Position numbers and translations under genes: made by a program. Of a stretch of DNA of 64,000 bases, positions 60,618 to 64,000 are shown piece by piece (within the stretch, counting starts at the first letter, position 1; the number at the start of each line of letters is the position of its first letter). Below the pieces are notes generated by a model that was given only the letters and a program-made list of their open reading frames with translations, was not told the origin of the DNA and ran no database searches. Source of the DNA: Asterias rubens. Lineage: Eukaryota. The stretch lies in the NCBI RefSeq assembly GCF_902459465.1, contig NC_047069.1, positions 12,834,001-12,898,000 of the forward strand, read 5' to 3'.

Positions 60618-60976
60618 AGGCACTGGACACTATTGGTAATTACTCGAAATAATTGTTAGCATTAAAACATACTTGGTAACGATCATTGGCGAGCTGTTGA
60701 TAGTATAAAACATTGTGAGAAACGGCTACCGCTGAAGTAGGCGTAGTTTTTGAGAACATTTTTGAAAATCTCACTCACAAAAAAACTTTAGCTGAATTCT
60801 TTTATTTGGGCATCTGAAAGCACAAAGGGCAACAAGGATGTTTTCATTCTTATTCTCTCGCAAATTCGATGATAAAAAAATTAGCCCAAATTTTCACTGG
60901 TTTGTTATTTTAGCATGTCGGGATACACCAAGTGAGAATACTGGTCTTTGACAATTACCAAAGGTGTCCGGTGCCT
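60618..60976. mobile_element. MITE family A copy
   Basis: GGCACTGGACACTATTGGTAATT ... AATTACCAAAGGTGTCCGGTGCCT-TTAA. Confidence 0.85.
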
Positions 60977-61267
60977 TTAATGTGGGCATGTATACGTCAC
61001 TACTGTGGACAACCAATCGAACTGAAGCTTCGGTTCACCGATATTACAACTGCGTACTTAATTTAACTCGATAATTTTCACCTGTGGGCCTATCTCTCTA
61101 ATTCAACTCACTCGCAATTTCGGTATCTCGGCTTCTGTGTCTAGTTTAGACTGCCTAGTTGTTGTCATCTCACCCGATCACCATTTGTTATTCTCGTGTG
61201 ATGGAGATTATAGTTGTCTAATTGGGGTTGATCAACAACTGTTTGCCTTTATCGGTTTAGGTGAAAA

Positions 61268-61319
61268 ATGGGAGTCGGCTGGATGTGGAACGTCATCGTT
61301 GCAGGTTGCTTTGTGACAG
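61268..61319 (+). CDS. Candidate first coding exon (signal-peptide-like) of a gene continuing to the right
   Basis: AAAAATGG strong Kozak context; MGVGWMWNVIVAGCFVT+G followed by a phase-1 donor CAG|GTAGGC; CCAAT and a CRE-like TACGTCAC ~260-280 bp upstream. No downstream exon was identified. Confidence 0.4.
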
Positions 61320-61375
61320 GTAGGCTTTCGTGTTGGTAAACTATACTGTTCTTTTCTTCTTCTTTTTAGCTCCGA

Positions 61376-62106
61376 GCATGGACACTTTCGGTAAGCAGTG
61401 TTATTCAAAGGCCCACACTTCGTGTTTCACAATTTATATAAAATAACGACCCTGTGAAAATGTAGGCTCAATCGGTCATCGGAGTCGGGAGAAACTAACG
61501 GGAAAACCCACCCTTGTTTCCGCACGTTTCGCCGTGTCAATAAATCCGTAATTCTCGATATCGAGAATTTATATTGCTTTTTGAGAAAACATTAAAATGT
61601 TTTCTCAAAAAGCAAAGCATTTCATGGAGTAATAATTCAAGAGAAGTATTTTACCATTACCTTCTGTAAACCCTGTTATTTGTAAATTTGTGAACTTTTT
61701 TTCTGTTCCGAAAATGTATAATGGCTTCAAAGGCAGTGGACACTATTGGCAATTACTCAAAATAACTATTAGCATAAAACCTTACTATGTAACGAGTAAT
61801 GGGGAGAGGTTGTAGTATGAAACATTGTGAGAAACGACTCCCTCTGAAGTGACGTAGTTTTGGAGAAGATGTAATTTTACTGCGAATTTGATTTCGGGAC
61901 CTCAGATTTAGAATTTGAGGTCTCGAAATCAAGCATCTGAAAGCACCCAACTTCGTGTGACAAGGTGTTTTTCTTTTATTATTATCTCCCAACTTCGACG
62001 ATCAATTGAGCTTATACATTTTTGCAGGTTTGTTATTTTATGCGTAGTTGAGATACACCAAGTGAGAAGACTGGTATTTGACAGTTACCAATAGTTTCCA
62101 GTGTCT
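61376..62106. mobile_element. Adjacent MITE family B (61376-61726) and family A (61731-62106)
   Basis: B is inverted relative to 59447-59801, then a TCAA junction, then A. Confidence 0.85.
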
Positions 62107-62689
62107 TTAACGACCTATCCTAAGCATGATTTATTTTGAATACAATTTCCTTTGGGTCTTATCACAAAATATCCATCAAATAAAACACCACAATCAAATG
62201 AAGACGGGTAAACTGACTAGCGGGATTTGAACCTCCGGATTAATTTGCAGGCGCTCTACCAACTAATAATAATAATAATAATAATTTTTATTTATGTATT
62301 TATTTTACTTTAAATCTTTAGACATACACAATAGTTACAAGTTGTACAGGGGCTGTCAAGGTTAAAACAAAAGTATAAAAACTGTCATCAAAAGATATGT
62401 AAAACCAGACCCCTGCCAACGATAAAAATATAATTATACAATATATAAAGGTGAATGCACTGAAACATTTAAAAATCACACACAAGAAAAAAATTCAAAC
62501 ACAAGCAAAACCAGACTATTGAAAACAAAAAACTGCACCCACAACAAAACACCGCAGCGATAAGAGGAAGGGATAACAATTTAAAATAAAAACCATAGAA
62601 TGGACTAAAACCCCTGAAAAACCAAAATAAAATTGGCACAGAGAGCAACCTTACAGATACGAAGTTCTTATAAAGCGCACATAGACACT

Positions 62690-62960
62690 AGATCAATGCG
62701 CTGAACAATAGAGAAATAACAATGAACAAACTAATGGGCTCTGAACAAATTGGTCTTCAACAGTTTTTTGAACAGCATGATTGAGTCAGACTGGCGGATT
62801 TCTGGAGGGAGGTTGTTCCATAGGTTGGGGCCGCTATATAACAAAAGCATGCCCTGACCAACCACTGCCTTACAGATGGTGGGGGTAAGTTTTGTTACGC
62901 TCTCCAGTTTACTGAGGTATGGCGGACTCAAGATCTCAGTTCGGGGTGCCAGTCTGAAGG
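62690..62960 (-). mobile_element. L2/CR1-group LINE 3' end fragment
   Basis: ORF 62731..63033 ends LLYSGPNLWNNLPPEIRQSDSIMLFKKLLKTNLFRAH*. Confidence 0.8.
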
Positions 62961-63752
62961 CATTAGCATATTCCATGTAGCCTGGGATTACATCTATATG
63001 GTATACGATACAAACTGGGAACATAGGTGTCAATCATAGAGGCGACAATGGGACATTTCCGCTCTCTAAATGTAAAAAAGTGAAAACACCACTCTTAATA
63101 TTTCGAGTGGTCCCTTTAAATAGCTATTTAAAAAGAGTGGTGGTTATTTCACTCTTTTTAGATGGGTTTTACCAAAGACCAACTCGACCGATCCAAGGCA
63201 ATGTGTGCCTTTAATTGTAAACTTGGCTGTATTTTGGGGTAAATACATATCGGAAAACATAATATGTGATTTGGAGGCACAAAAAACGTCGAACCTTATA
63301 AATCCCTTTGCGAAACTGCATGTCACTTTCTGCACGCCACAGCATGCCTGCCTAAAAGCTAACCCACGTGGAAGAAAACAACATGCCTGATCCGGCACAC
63401 AGAAAATAACGTCGTAAAATGATTTTTCAGAAATTAATAATAACTATAAATTATTTACTGTTTTTTATCTGTAGCCTACTATTAGGCTATAACTCTGAAT
63501 TGCAAGTATTTAATTATCACTTTTTACAATATGGAAACATTGATCGTCACCGAGCTACGATCCCGGCAAAAAAGCTTGGGGATATTTATAAACAAGCTTC
63601 CTGTCTGCGACCTCCCCATACTAGTATTATTAAGTTCTGTAATTAAGTTTCCCTTACATTGTACATGTTATACAAATGGTATGGAAAATAAACCTGAACC
63701 TGAACCTGAAACATTCCCCACCTCTCAATGTTGATGGCAGCGCATACCACGC

Positions 63753-63907
63753 AATCGACCTTTATCACGCTGTCACCATCTTGGTCATGTTCCCTGTTTC
63801 CATAACAGTAATGAAAGCTAACATTCATTGCGCAAACATGGCACCGGACTATTATTTCGTCCAGCCTCAGTTTGGATAGAAACGAGTTGCCGTGATAAAG
63901 GTCTATT
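63753..63907. mobile_element. ~155-bp MITE family G
   Basis: TIRs AATCGACCTTTATCACG / CGTGATAAAGGTCTATT. Confidence 0.75.
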
Positions 63908-64000
63908 AGAGCCAACAAATAGTGGTGCGGGAGTCCATCACGAGATAATGACCGGGATTGTAAACCCAGCAGGCATGATCAGCAGACGGGGGAAATATTC

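Noticed and set aside
2545-61992. Recurrent similar short ORFs (e.g. 2545-2754, 14332-14553, 37681-37866, 59084-59326, 61753-61992)
   Set aside because: They are chance translations of MITE family A copies, with no transposase motifs.

Overview
AT-rich, intron-containing animal genomic DNA. An invertebrate deuterostome, probably an echinoderm such as a sea star, is inferred from protein similarity and repeat style. I built five multi-exon genes by hand from GT-AG junctions, in alternating orientation: (-) a 1303-aa protein with an N-terminal Scm3/HJURP-type CENP-A-binding domain and a C-terminal Cys4 motif (3437-10782), (+) ETFDH (10947-23563), (-) RPL21 (26433-28673, 5'TOP exon at ~29834-29862), (+) USP12/46 (30108-44480) and (-) SPCS3 (52014-55120). 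The first two pairs are head-to-head across very short promoters, and RPL21-USP12 matches the human neighbourhood. A candidate signal-peptide first exon of a sixth gene lies at 61268-61319. Non-coding DNA is dense in MITEs (TTAA-flanked Kolobok-like, 8-bp-TSD Merlin-like, CTCF-motif-bearing), tRNA-derived SINEs, L2-like LINE 3' ends, a 6x91-bp minisatellite, an ~815-bp foldback element and several Penelope-type minimal hammerhead ribozyme motifs. The top candidate for an undescribed system is the Scm3/HJURP-like centromeric histone chaperone, whose key domain is split across small exons and so is invisible in the ORF track. No database searches were run; comparisons with known proteins and human exon structures are from memory and need checking.
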